From Amphiscolops sp. MND2022 (Eukaryota), in assembly GCA_964187785.1 (NCBI GenBank), contig OZ076409.1, forward strand, positions 91,576,001 to 91,640,000: a stretch of DNA of 64,000 nt, read 5' to 3'. This document shows positions 1-9,926 of the stretch, piece after piece; within the stretch, counting starts at the first letter, position 1, and every line of letters starts with the position of its first letter. The notes beneath the pieces are model-generated. The model was not told the DNA's origin and ran no database searches. It saw only the letters and a list, made by a program, of their open reading frames with translations. A program made the translations under genes and the position numbers.

Positions 1-2
1 CG

Positions 3-272
3 AAACAACCCAAATTTCAAGTGGGAGACTATGTAAGAGTTCCTGATAAAAGGAACATTTATTCAAAAGGCTATACAACAAATTGGAATAGAGAACTTTT
101 TAAAATACAAGAAATTAATCCAACTAACCCCATAACCTATACTTTAGAAGACGAAAACAACGAGCAAATAGCAGGAAAATATTATGAACAAGAACTTTTA
201 AGAAGTGTATTCAACTTTGAATCTAATAACAAAACGTTAGAAAGTATGAATATTTTCCATCAGTTTGAGTAA
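3..272 (+). CDS. int: Polinton retroviral-like integrase, C-terminal part (5'-truncated by window edge)
   Basis: KQPKFQVGDYVRV..KGYTTNWNRELFKI..PITYTLED..G.YYEQEL matches the conserved C-terminal segment of Maverick integrases; frame open from position 3. Confidence 0.85.
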   Translation, partial: KQPKFQVGDYVRVPDKRNIYSKGYTTNWNRELFKIQEINPTNPITYTLEDENNEQIAGKYYEQELLRSVFNFESNNKTLESMNIFHQFE

Positions 273-292
273 TTATGCTAAAATAAATAAGA

Positions 293-982
293 ATGTCATT
301 ACATAAGTTTGGTTATAGTGCTGAAAGCCTACAAAAAGACAAGATTGAGAATCTTGAAAAAGAATTGGAGTCACAAACCAAATTATTCAACTTAAAACTT
401 TATGATTTGTCTAATAATTTAGAAAATTTTACTAACCTACAAGAAGTTATATTTGACAACGGTGAAACAAAGGTATTAGTCAATGCAAAAACGTTTGTAG
501 ACATAAACAAAAATATAGAAGATATAAAAATAAATTTGAAATACTTAGAACAAGATATTAAAAATAAATTATTAGAAAAGAAGAAAGAAATAATTTTGGA
601 TGCTGCTAAGTTGGTAGAAGAACAACAAACCATTTTGCGAAATAGTTTCGAGAGAAACCTTATTTCAGAATTGGAAAAAAGCAAAAACCAAGCAGTCAAG
701 GATGTTATACAACTACTGTATAGCAAAGGATTGTTTGACTCATTTGAAAATAAGGACCAAATATTCCAGTCGTATTTGACCTTCTCAAACCAATACTTGC
801 TTGAAAAATACGGAACAGAAATAAAGACATCAGATGGTGTGTATTATTTATCAGACTTGGACTATTCAACGAGAGAAGATATTGTGAAGTGTTTAAAAAA
901 AGATGAATACAAAGATATAGTTGACCTTAAATATAGAATGAAACTAACCACGAGTGAAATCAATTTCATACTTTTTGACTAA
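293..982 (+). CDS. Polinton hypothetical protein (K/E/L-rich, likely coiled-coil)
   Basis: 229-aa ATG ORF packed between the integrase and the next gene; no motif recognised. Confidence 0.7.
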   Translation: MSLHKFGYSAESLQKDKIENLEKELESQTKLFNLKLYDLSNNLENFTNLQEVIFDNGETKVLVNAKTFVDINKNIEDIKINLKYLEQDIKNKLLEKKKEIILDAAKLVEEQQTILRNSFERNLISELEKSKNQAVKDVIQLLYSKGLFDSFENKDQIFQSYLTFSNQYLLEKYGTEIKTSDGVYYLSDLDYSTREDIVKCLKKDEYKDIVDLKYRMKLTTSEINFILFD

Positions 983-986
983 ATAA

Positions 987-1523
987 ATGAATGAAAAATT
1001 ATACCCCAGGTTGCAACCACAAGTAGATAGTTTAGAGCAACACCTAAACCTACGATTGAAAGAAATAAATAGTTTCAATAATTCAATTCAAAATATAAAA
1101 GATATTAAAAATTTTTATAATCATGAAGCCAAAAAGTATAAAAAGAAAAGTAAACAATACAAGCTCATAAATTGTTTAATACAATCTGTTGATGGTGTTT
1201 CAATACTAGCTGTATCATCAACATGTGTCACTCTCAGCATTACTGGAGTTGGACTGGTTGTTGTCCCCGTTGCTAGTGGTATTGGTGCAGGTTTATGTAT
1301 AATCAGTAAGCTTCTTGGTGAGTACCTGAAAAGAAAAGAACAACACAATCTTAAGAAATATACCCTTGCTGGTAGAACACTACATGATTTCTGTAAACTA
1401 CATTCAAAATGTTTAGAAGACAATAAAATCGATCTGAATGAATATAACAAACTAAAACAATCTTATGATACATACAAAACGAACAAAACTAAACTAAATT
1501 CTGAGTTTACTTTTTTAGGCTAA
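987..1523 (+). CDS. Polinton small membrane-associated protein
   Basis: 178 aa with a central Gly/Ser-rich hydrophobic stretch (GVSILAVSSTCVTLSITGVGLVVVPVASGIGAGLCII) between basic helical segments; resembles a common Polinton accessory protein. Confidence 0.75.
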   Translation: MNEKLYPRLQPQVDSLEQHLNLRLKEINSFNNSIQNIKDIKNFYNHEAKKYKKKSKQYKLINCLIQSVDGVSILAVSSTCVTLSITGVGLVVVPVASGIGAGLCIISKLLGEYLKRKEQHNLKKYTLAGRTLHDFCKLHSKCLEDNKIDLNEYNKLKQSYDTYKTNKTKLNSEFTFLG

Positions 1524-1581
1524 CATTATTTAGTAAAAACAATATCAGTATAAATTTTAAATCATGATTTTTTGTATATAA

Positions 1582-2811
1582 ATGGAATTATTTTCTTTGA
1601 AAAATAAATATGTTCTCGATAATCCAATTCATAAAATTGATTTTATTAAATACTCGCCTAGTAGTTTAGCTACAATCAACAACAATAATTCAAATATTTC
1701 CATCATTTTCCCAAGAGAAGATGCTTATATTTGTTTACAAAACTCATACATTAGTCTAGAATTTGAAGTTCTTAAAAACGATAACACACGCTACCTAGAC
1801 AACGACCAAATAAGCTTGGTCAACTTTGGGCCTGTTGCTTTATTTAGTGAAGCTAAACTTGTGACATCATCAGGAAAGCATCTTGAGAAAGTTGATAACC
1901 TACACCCAGTATGTTTAATGTACAAGCTTTTGACTATCAACCAACAAACAAGTCAATTGATGTACAGATTTGAAGAATCAGAAAACACCAGGCGATTAGA
2001 ATTAACAAACCACAAAACAGAAAAAGGAACCTTTTTTGTTAGAATAAAACTAAAAGACTTGTTTGGATTTGCTGATCAAGAAAAAATAACTTACGGATTG
2101 GGTTATTCTCTGACATTAAAACGTAATAATAATAACGACCCTATCATCAGGGACAACGGTGTAGATGCTGCAAAAATAGATATAAAAGATATTGCTTGGC
2201 ACATTCCACACTATGTACCCAGTATGGAAAACCAGCAGCTTGTCCTTAATCAAATATTAGATAAAGACCCAACCGAGTTGTATTATATAGAACGAACTGT
2301 CTTTAGAAAAGATGTTAACACCAATAATAATTGGACATTTGAATTAGGCAACAGTGGAGAATCGACACCAACATACGTGATAGTTGGATTTCAAGCTAGA
2401 AATAAAATTGATTCACAAACACATAACAACTCAACATTCGATCGACTTTCGGTTAGTAATGCAGTTTGTAAAATAGGATCAGAAAAATATCCCGATGATG
2501 GAAAAAAATGTGACTACGACCGCGACAAATACGATCAAGCTTATTATGAAATCGAAAACTTCTATAACTTACATTCTGAATCTAATCTACTCAATCCGTT
2601 TATCAGTTTGCACAAATTCCGAACGAGTTACAATTTTTATGTATTTGACCTATCTAAGCAAAAACCACCTATAGCATCTCAACCTATTAGATTAGAATTT
2701 AAATTTAGTGCTGCTTTTGGTGTAGCAGATTATGTAGCTTATGCCCTTGTACTAACACCCAAGTTAATAAGTATTAGTAGTGACGGACAAAGACACTTTG
2801 ATCTTTTATAA
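1582..2811 (+). CDS. Double jelly-roll major capsid protein (Polinton type)
   Basis: 409 aa, beta-strand-rich; motifs LKDLFGFA, PTYVIVGFQ, FYVFDLSKQ, IRLEFKF..YVAYALV resemble Polinton DJR capsid proteins. Confidence 0.8.
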   Translation: MELFSLKNKYVLDNPIHKIDFIKYSPSSLATINNNNSNISIIFPREDAYICLQNSYISLEFEVLKNDNTRYLDNDQISLVNFGPVALFSEAKLVTSSGKHLEKVDNLHPVCLMYKLLTINQQTSQLMYRFEESENTRRLELTNHKTEKGTFFVRIKLKDLFGFADQEKITYGLGYSLTLKRNNNNDPIIRDNGVDAAKIDIKDIAWHIPHYVPSMENQQLVLNQILDKDPTELYYIERTVFRKDVNTNNNWTFELGNSGESTPTYVIVGFQARNKIDSQTHNNSTFDRLSVSNAVCKIGSEKYPDDGKKCDYDRDKYDQAYYEIENFYNLHSESNLLNPFISLHKFRTSYNFYVFDLSKQKPPIASQPIRLEFKFSAAFGVADYVAYALVLTPKLISISSDGQRHFDLL

Positions 2812-2902
2812 TTCATCAATTCATCAATATAAAAACATTAGATGAAAACGAATCTGTAATTAAAAAATTGAAAATTTATTTGAAATAAATAATATATAAT
2901 AA

Positions 2903-3100
2903 ATGAAGTACATAAATAATAAATTTTACACTGAAGTTAATAATCCAAAGTACATTATCAATGATGGTAAAATTCTGAGAGAAACATCTCCTCCCAAGTC
3001 ATTGAAATCTAAATATGAAGTTATGAATGGTGTTAAATTAGATAAAAAATCAAATATAATTGAATTAGATGACGGATCTCTTCATATTGTAACGAAATAA
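2903..3100 (+). CDS. Polinton small hypothetical protein
   Basis: 65-aa ORF starting in the element's TAAATG context; its stop abuts the next ATG. Confidence 0.55.
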   Translation: MKYINNKFYTEVNNPKYIINDGKILRETSPPKSLKSKYEVMNGVKLDKKSNIIELDDGSLHIVTK

Positions 3101-3638
3101 ATGGATGAAGAAGAATTTTTAAATACTACCATGTGTAGGAGATGTAATAGAAATGCTCTACTAGAATACGAGTATGAATTCACTTGTTATGTATGTGAAT
3201 TCAATGTTATAAAAACTAAAAATCAATTGACAAAAGTTCAAAGAAAAAAGAATATCAATTTTAAAGGGAGATTAACATATGCAACTCCGAAAATAATTGG
3301 TATTTGTATGGAAGTTAATTCATTAGTTCAAACCAATGATATAGACGTTCTCGCAGCTGTCCTGACATATCTTAAAAAGAAGAGACTAAATATCTTAGAA
3401 GAAATCCTAAACAAGTTTGATGACATGCCTGATGATTTCGAAAAAAAATGTCTTCGCTGCATCTGAAGGAATTCACAAAGCTGGAGATTATGCACTTAGG
3501 ATGATGAAGTGGTTGGTCTCGGCTAGGTATTATGAAAACATTAACTATTATGACTTGATAGCAACTACTTTAAGATATATGAAGGGGGAACAGCTCTTTA
3601 TGAGGAAAGAAGTTTTCTTGTTTATAAATGAGCGATAG
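3101..3638 (+). pseudogene. Zn-ribbon protein (CxxC..CxxC) split by a probable 1-nt frameshift
   Basis: ORFs 3101-3466 and 3417-3638 join as ...DDFEKNVFAASEG... if one A is removed from the A8 run near 3441-3448 (mutation or sequencing error). Confidence 0.6.
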
Positions 3639-3801
3639 TGAAGGTGAAACAATTTATCCTGAAAGTGAGGTTTCTGAGGATGAATCTCTACATAGTTCAG
3701 ATGAAGACTTTATCGATGATTCGGAGAGCGAAGATGAAGACTATATCCCCCCAAAACGGAAGCGGAGAAATATAGAAATTATTATAAAACTAGAAAAATG
3801 A
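3628..3801 (+). CDS. 57-aa acidic protein with NLS-like PPKRKRR (missing from the ORF track)
   Basis: Hand translation: MSDSEGETIYPESEVSEDESLHSSDEDFIDDSESEDEDYIPPKRKRRNIEIIIKLEK*, with a TAAATG start. Confidence 0.65.
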   Translation: MSDSEGETIYPESEVSEDESLHSSDEDFIDDSESEDEDYIPPKRKRRNIEIIIKLEK

Positions 3802-3832
3802 AAAAGCAATTGAATAAAAATTTATATAGTAA

Positions 3833-4138
3833 ATGGATGAAACATATCATAGGAAATATTGTGAAGCTTGTGATAAACAAGTTCACACATCATCGTTTGC
3901 AAAGCATCTGAAGTCTAAAATTCATTTACAGAAAAATGTAGGTGTAATCCCACAAAAACCCAGAGTTCTACTAGCAGTGGAAGAACAACAAGAACCTAGA
4001 GTTCTACCAGCAGTGGAAGAACAACAAGAACCTAGAGTTCTACCAGTAGTGGAAGAACAACAACAACCTCGAGCTCGACCTATCCCCCCAAAACGGAATC
4101 GGAGAAATATAGAAATTATTATAAAAATAGAAAAATAG
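3833..4138 (+). CDS. C2H2-type zinc-finger protein with internal 12-aa repeats and NLS-like tail
   Basis: YCEACDKQVHTSSFAKHLKSKIH finger, three PRVLPAVEEQQE-like units, PPKRNRR tail. Confidence 0.65.
   Translation: MDETYHRKYCEACDKQVHTSSFAKHLKSKIHLQKNVGVIPQKPRVLLAVEEQQEPRVLPAVEEQQEPRVLPVVEEQQQPRARPIPPKRNRRNIEIIIKIEK
3958..4070 (+). repeat. 36-bp coding tandem repeat, about 3 copies
   Basis: cctagagttctaccagcagtggaagaacaacaagaa-like unit repeated. Confidence 0.85.
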
Positions 4139-4170
4139 AAAAAACAATTGAATAAAAATTTATATAGTAA

Positions 4171-7100
4171 ATGAACACAACGAATACCAAATATTGTGAA
4201 GTGTGTGATAAACACATTCACACAGCATCCTTCTCGAGACATGAGAAATCTAAAATTCATTTACACAATATTGGCGTTGTACCGGGAGACCCTATACAAC
4301 GAAGGGCGCGATCGGTCCCAACACTAAAACAATTAGCGAGAGCTAAAGTCAATCTCTCAGAAAAAGAGTTGGCAAAACATATGATAAATCCATACTACTT
4401 CTCTAAAAGATATGAACCTCAATATGATGTTAATCTTGATCAACACCACCCCAAACACTTAAATAGTAAGATAACTGTCAAACCTAAATATGATCTCCCT
4501 ATTGAATTGCTCGATCTGAATAGTATCTTCAAAGAAATGTCAGCAATATATGCTAGGTTAATTGAGCAATATAAATTCAAATATCAAGTTGTCTTCTCAG
4601 TTATTTTCGATAAGGAGACTCGAGATGAGTTAGAACAGTATGTTAGTTTGGAGGTCAATCAGAGTTTAACTTGGAATGATATTGAAAAGTATGATCTAGA
4701 AGGAAAAACAAATGCATTGATTGAAAATCTGGAGATGAAAGATAGTGGTTGGAGATTCTGTAAAATTGCATCGATGACTATATACTTTTATAAAACTGTT
4801 GAACTGAATGGTAGCAGTTATGTTAAAATACCTCTTAGAAGCGCTGCTATTTTAAACATTGAAAATAATGATAAGTACTGTTTTCTATGGAGCATCTTAG
4901 CTCACCTTCATCCTTGTGAGAATTCTCACCCTAATAGAGTTTCAAACTATCGAGAATATTTTAGAGAATTGAAAACAGATGGATTGGAATTCCCTTTTAA
5001 AACATCAGATGTTTCTAAATTTGAAAAGATGAATAATCTAGCTATTAATATATTTGAGTTACAGTTCTATCAAGAGGGGGAAAAGTGGAAACATAAATTG
5101 ATTCCTATTGAGGTTAGTGAGAACAATTCAGAAACAGTGATTGATTTGGTGATATATAAAAATCACTATGCCCTCATTAAAAAACTTCATGTATTCTTAG
5201 GAAAAAAGGATTCAAAATTTGTTTGTCGTCGATGTCTAAGTTGCTTTACAAATGAAAACGTTTTGGTGAAACATACTGAAAGATGTAAGCAACAAGATAT
5301 CACAGCTATCAGAGTTAGCAAGGATAGTCATTTAATGTGGAAGAAGCACTTTCATAAGATCCCACTATATTTCAGGATCTATGGTGATTTCGAATGTAAT
5401 AATAAAAGAGAATATTCTAACATAGGTAATAAAACCACAAACATTTTCAGACAAAATCCAATGTGTAATGGATTTTACATAGTATCTGAGATGGATAATG
5501 TTCTACAGTCTGGATGGCATCTCTCGCCCTTTGGAGAGGATAATGTTGAATGGTTTGTTAATGAAGTCATAAAGATTGAGAATAAGATGAATTTCTATTT
5601 TAAGAATACAAAGAAAGAGATTATGATGACTCAAGAAGATGAGGAAGATTTTAAGAATAGTACTCATTGTTGGTTCTGTGAACTTCCCTTAGATGGGAGA
5701 GCTGTCAGAGATCATTGTCATCTGACTGGTAGGTATCGAGGGGCTGCACATGAAAAGTATAATATAAATGTGAAACAGAAACAGAGTAATTTCATACCAT
5801 TCGTGTTTCACAACTTCAGTAACTACGACTGTCACTTGTTCTTTAAAACATTGATTGATAAAAAATCAGATAATGTTCCCCTTCATGTCATACCCAAGAC
5901 AAATGAGGAAAATATATCAATTTCATATGGTTGTATTAGATTTATAGATTCATATAGATTTTTATCAAGTAGTTTAGATGGGTTGGTTAAAACAGTTGAT
6001 GAGCTGACAATTCTGAAGAGAGAGTTTCCTGATAATTGGGAGCTGTTGAGTAAGAAGTTGGCGTACCCATATGAATATTTTAAATCTCTTGATGATTATC
6101 AGTTGTCAGTTAAAGATCTTGTAAAAGAGGATTACTTCAGTAGATTGAAAAATGGATATCCTCAAGATAGTGAGATTCAGAGAACAAATGAAATCATTGA
6201 AACTTTTAAGATTAAAACTGGAAAGGAGTTGACTGAGTTGTATTTGAAAACTGATGTTGTTTTGTTAGCAGATGTGTTTGAGAAGTTCATAAAGGTATCA
6301 TTAAACGAATTTAAAATCAATCCGTTATATTGTGTTAGTCTTCCTGGATATACTTGGGAATGTGGATTGAAATATACTGGGATTAATTTGCAAACACTTC
6401 AAGATAAAGATATGATCTTAATGTTAGAGAATAATATTAGAGGTGGGATTTCATCTGTTATGGGGGATAGATATGTTAAATCAGATGAAAACAAAAAGAT
6501 TTTATATATTGATGCTAATAATCTATATGGGTGGGCAATGAGTCAGTATTTGCCATATGATGATATAAAATTTGATGGTAATGTTAAGTTGGAAGATATA
6601 TTAGATACACCTGATGATAGTGAGGTTGGGTATTTTGTTGAAGTTGACTTGAAATATCCTGAGGGGATAAGAGAGAAGACTGTGAACTTCCCATTCTGTC
6701 CAGATAATAAGTTTTCACCTCAAGATAAGTTTACTGAGTATATGAAAAAAATGAAGCAGGATAGTTATGCTAAATGTAAAAAGTTAATATGTGATTGGAC
6801 TGACAAGAAAAAGTATCTGATACATTATCGAATGTTGAAGTTTTATGTGAGACATGGTATGATTGTTGAGAAAGTTCATGAAGTGATTTCTTTTAAGCAG
6901 AGTAAGTGGTTGGAGAAGTACATTGATTTCAATACTCAGAAAAGAAATAGGACGAAAAATGATTTTGAGAAAGATTTTTACAAACTATTAAACAATGCGT
7001 TCTATGGAAAGACAATGGAGAATGTGCGAAATAGAACTAAGATCGAGTTCATTAAAAAAGATGAAGAAGAGAAGATGGTGAAGTGGCAATCTAAGTTGAC

Positions 7101-7746
7101 GTTTAATGGGATCCATAAGTGTTATGAGAAATATGATAGTTTCACGTTTAAGATGAATGAGGTTCTGATGGATAAGCCAATATATCTTGGATTTAGTGTG
7201 TTAGAGTTGAGCAAGTTATTGATGTATGAACCGTACTATGATAAATTTCAACCTTACTTTGGGAAAGAGAATATTCAACTTCACTATACCGACTGTGACA
7301 GCATGGTACTAAGTATTAAAACTGAGGATATCATTAACGACTTACAAAATCTCAAAGATTTATTTGATTTCAGCAATTTAAACAGAGAGCATCAATTGTT
7401 TAGTGATGAAAATAAAAAAGTAGTTGGTAAATTTAAAATTGAAACGCCTGGAAGTATTTGGATTGATGAATTTGTTTGTTTGAGAAGTAAAGCATATTCT
7501 TATAGATGTGGAGGTGAAAGTTCTAACAAACTAAAAGGTATCTCAAAATCTCAGAGTAAGAATATTAAATTTGAAGAGTATTACAACTGTTTATTTGGGG
7601 GTGATTATCAAAGAGAATGTGAAAATTTTGTAATTAGATCTATAGATCATGATATGTTTCTTCAAAAGGTTACAAAGAATTCTTTATCTGCATTTGATGA
7701 GAAGCGATGTTATTTGAATAATATTGAGAGTATCCCTTGGATGTAA
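4171..7746 (+). CDS. polB: Protein-primed family B DNA polymerase
   Basis: N-terminal Zn finger; putative OTU-like Cys/His segment (NDKYCFLW..NHYALI); exonuclease motifs (GDFEC, FHNFSNYD); EndoVII/HNH-like insert (CWFC..VRDHCHLTGRYRGAAH); polymerase motifs YIDANNLYG, KLLNNAFYGK, YTDCDS. Confidence 0.95.
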   Translation: MNTTNTKYCEVCDKHIHTASFSRHEKSKIHLHNIGVVPGDPIQRRARSVPTLKQLARAKVNLSEKELAKHMINPYYFSKRYEPQYDVNLDQHHPKHLNSKITVKPKYDLPIELLDLNSIFKEMSAIYARLIEQYKFKYQVVFSVIFDKETRDELEQYVSLEVNQSLTWNDIEKYDLEGKTNALIENLEMKDSGWRFCKIASMTIYFYKTVELNGSSYVKIPLRSAAILNIENNDKYCFLWSILAHLHPCENSHPNRVSNYREYFRELKTDGLEFPFKTSDVSKFEKMNNLAINIFELQFYQEGEKWKHKLIPIEVSENNSETVIDLVIYKNHYALIKKLHVFLGKKDSKFVCRRCLSCFTNENVLVKHTERCKQQDITAIRVSKDSHLMWKKHFHKIPLYFRIYGDFECNNKREYSNIGNKTTNIFRQNPMCNGFYIVSEMDNVLQSGWHLSPFGEDNVEWFVNEVIKIENKMNFYFKNTKKEIMMTQEDEEDFKNSTHCWFCELPLDGRAVRDHCHLTGRYRGAAHEKYNINVKQKQSNFIPFVFHNFSNYDCHLFFKTLIDKKSDNVPLHVIPKTNEENISISYGCIRFIDSYRFLSSSLDGLVKTVDELTILKREFPDNWELLSKKLAYPYEYFKSLDDYQLSVKDLVKEDYFSRLKNGYPQDSEIQRTNEIIETFKIKTGKELTELYLKTDVVLLADVFEKFIKVSLNEFKINPLYCVSLPGYTWECGLKYTGINLQTLQDKDMILMLENNIRGGISSVMGDRYVKSDENKKILYIDANNLYGWAMSQYLPYDDIKFDGNVKLEDILDTPDDSEVGYFVEVDLKYPEGIREKTVNFPFCPDNKFSPQDKFTEYMKKMKQDSYAKCKKLICDWTDKKKYLIHYRMLKFYVRHGMIVEKVHEVISFKQSKWLEKYIDFNTQKRNRTKNDFEKDFYKLLNNAFYGKTMENVRNRTKIEFIKKDEEEKMVKWQSKLTFNGIHKCYEKYDSFTFKMNEVLMDKPIYLGFSVLELSKLLMYEPYYDKFQPYFGKENIQLHYTDCDSMVLSIKTEDIINDLQNLKDLFDFSNLNREHQLFSDENKKVVGKFKIETPGSIWIDEFVCLRSKAYSYRCGGESSNKLKGISKSQSKNIKFEEYYNCLFGGDYQRECENFVIRSIDHDMFLQKVTKNSLSAFDEKRCYLNNIESIPWM

Positions 7747-7849
7747 TGTGAATATCCTTGAGTTTGAGTAATAACTAAATAGTATAGAAAGGGGGATTTG
7801 ATATTAACTTGAAGGGTGAGCAATTGAGTGATGGGGCGAAGCGGAGCGG

Positions 7850-8036
7850 AGTAGTGTATATAATCGTATTTGACATTAGCGCGAAGGTCACCATGAGTGG
7901 AGCGAAGCGAAGCGAATGGTGAAGCAAGTGGGGGAGGTTGAAGAGTGAGCAGCTGAGCGAAGCGAGGCTGTGAGCGATGAGGCCGAGCCACGCTTGCGCC
8001 TTCGCGCTGGTGTCAAATACGATTATATACACTACT
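7850..8036. repeat. Polinton terminus with internal 38-bp inverted repeat (7850-7887 / 7999-8036)
   Basis: AGTAGTGTATATAATCGTATTTGACAttAGCGCGAAGG versus the reverse complement of the terminus AGTAGTGTATATAATCGTATTTGACAccAGCGCGAAGG; CGAAG/GGAGCG-type short repeats in and around it. Confidence 0.9.
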
Positions 8037-9333
8037 AATGAATCCGTATCTCCGTAACGCGTTTCCCAGAATGCCAAAAATTGTGGTGGAGATATCCATA
8101 ATTGATTGCCTCACAGAAATATATAGAGCAAGCAAGCAAGAGACGGTTGTTTTTCGGAATCACAAGAATTTTTAAAGAATTTGATTTGCTGCAACATTGA
8201 TGATTTCTGCTGGAATAGGTATTTTGAATATCCATTTAAAACCTTTTAAAAGTAGTGTTTCAAATGGTCTTACAAAATGCTGACAGGTTTTTGGTCAAGA
8301 AAAGTTTGAAATGCAAGTACAAAAGCAAAAACAACGTGAGTTAAAGTGCTGATGAATTTTGGCAATTCAACCCAATTTATGGGCCAACTTACATGAAATC
8401 CAATTCTTGGAACCATGGTTTTGCGGGTGAAATTGAAAGTTTCCTAGCTTCAAAGAACACGCCATGTTTTCTGTGGCTCCAGGGTGAAAAGACTTAATTT
8501 GGAAACAATTTGGCTTCATGTTCCGAAGGAAACATTGCACTACTTTGCAGGTAAAAAGACTCAAAAATCTAGTTAAAGTTTATCGGAAGTTATCAAGCTA
8601 ACCACAGGGCGAGCAAACCTACACCCATTGGAAAAACAGCCATCGTATATCAAGCTCAAAAACAAACCCCTCTTTTTTCTCTTTTTTCCGTAAAGCATCA
8701 GTTTTTCAGACGGTGTCTCTTTGAGTCTCTTAAGCACACTTGCTTTGTCCTTCAGTTTTTTTAAATGTGACTCAGTGGTTTATCTCTTGGCATATGCCAC
8801 ATGCCAATGCAACCTAAAATTCTAATCACATTTATACACATGGCAACTAACTATATTAACAATATCCTTACGAGTAGAATACAAAATTTGGTAGGAACTC
8901 GCCTGTATTTTGCTCTGGAGATCTCAGACTGGAGAGCGTTGTTTTCGTCGAAGTGTTGATTGAAATTTGTTTCATCTGGAGATGAGACCAATTTTCCTGT
9001 TCGTTCCTGAGCGCGCTCCTGGTTGTTTTAACTCTCTCAACGCAAAAAAACTAGATTTTTTGGATATGAGGGTTCTTCTGTTGTTCTGTTGAGAGCGTTA
9101 ACGTTGGCTTCAACCAGCTTGACGAGTTGGCTTGAAAGGGAATCAATGAGCCTGCCAATAAAATTTGGCGTTTTTTAACTTCTTCACTTCAAACCCACAG
9201 CCCTCTTCAACACAAAAGTTGAACAAAAGGTCAAATGTTTAATGTTTCCTATTACAGTTTACTTTTTGTTGACAATTTAAAACTCGCTGTTTTTGGTTCC
9301 GATCCGCAGTGTCGATTTAGCAATTGAAATAAT

Positions 9334-9926
9334 TTATTGAAAGGTGTCGTGATCACCCCTACCGTCTAATGAACTAAGTGAACCGTCCCTTGACTGGGGA
9401 TGATGGTTAGAATTCATTGAAATTGGAATTTGGGTATTTTCCCAAACATTTTGATGTTTTGTACCTTCGGTGTTCCTGCTTAGTCTACTGGACGTTGAGT
9501 CCACTTTCGTCCCAAACCTGCTATTTTGGCCAGAGAGTGAACTTTGCAAAGACGGAAGTAAAGTTTCATGAATGGCGGAATTTATAGACTCAGTTATTTG
9601 AATGTTCATGTCCTTTTTCAATTCTTCAAATTTCCTTGCTACTTCCTGAGTTGCCTCAGTGCTAATAAGTCTGGTAGTATCAATTTGAATTCCGTTCTCA
9701 CTTCTGCTTTCAGTATTCAACAAAATTCTGAACTCTTCACAGTTTGATACCATGTCATGTCTGGGCCCATTAGACCTTGAATCCATTTCAATGTTTTCAT
9801 CTAATCTTTCATGTGAATCATCTCTCGAGTAAGTCCCTAACATGACGTCCATATTTTCCACATCAGACATTACGTCTGATTGCCTAGAGCGTTTCTCTTT
9901 GGTCTTTTGTTTTCTAGTTGAGGCAT
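9334..9926 (-). pseudogene. gag: LTR-encoded Gag N-terminal segment
   Basis: MP(S)TRKQKTKEKRSRQSDVMSDVENMDVMLG, with a 1-nt loss just after the ATG, is homologous to MPSTRRQKAKARKSREMDMLSDIENMDVMLG at 44480. Confidence 0.75.

Larger units (their letters stand above)
1..8036 (+). mobile_element. Polinton/Maverick (adintovirus-like) element, right arm; left part lies outside the window
   Basis: Co-oriented integrase C-terminus, DJR-type capsid ORF and protein-primed PolB. Ends in ...ACTACT at 8031-8036, the reverse complement of the AGTAGT terminus typical of Polintons. Confidence 0.93.

Noticed and set aside
3958..4070. CRISPR-like 36-bp repeats
   Set aside because: Contiguous coding repeats with no spacers, in eukaryotic DNA.
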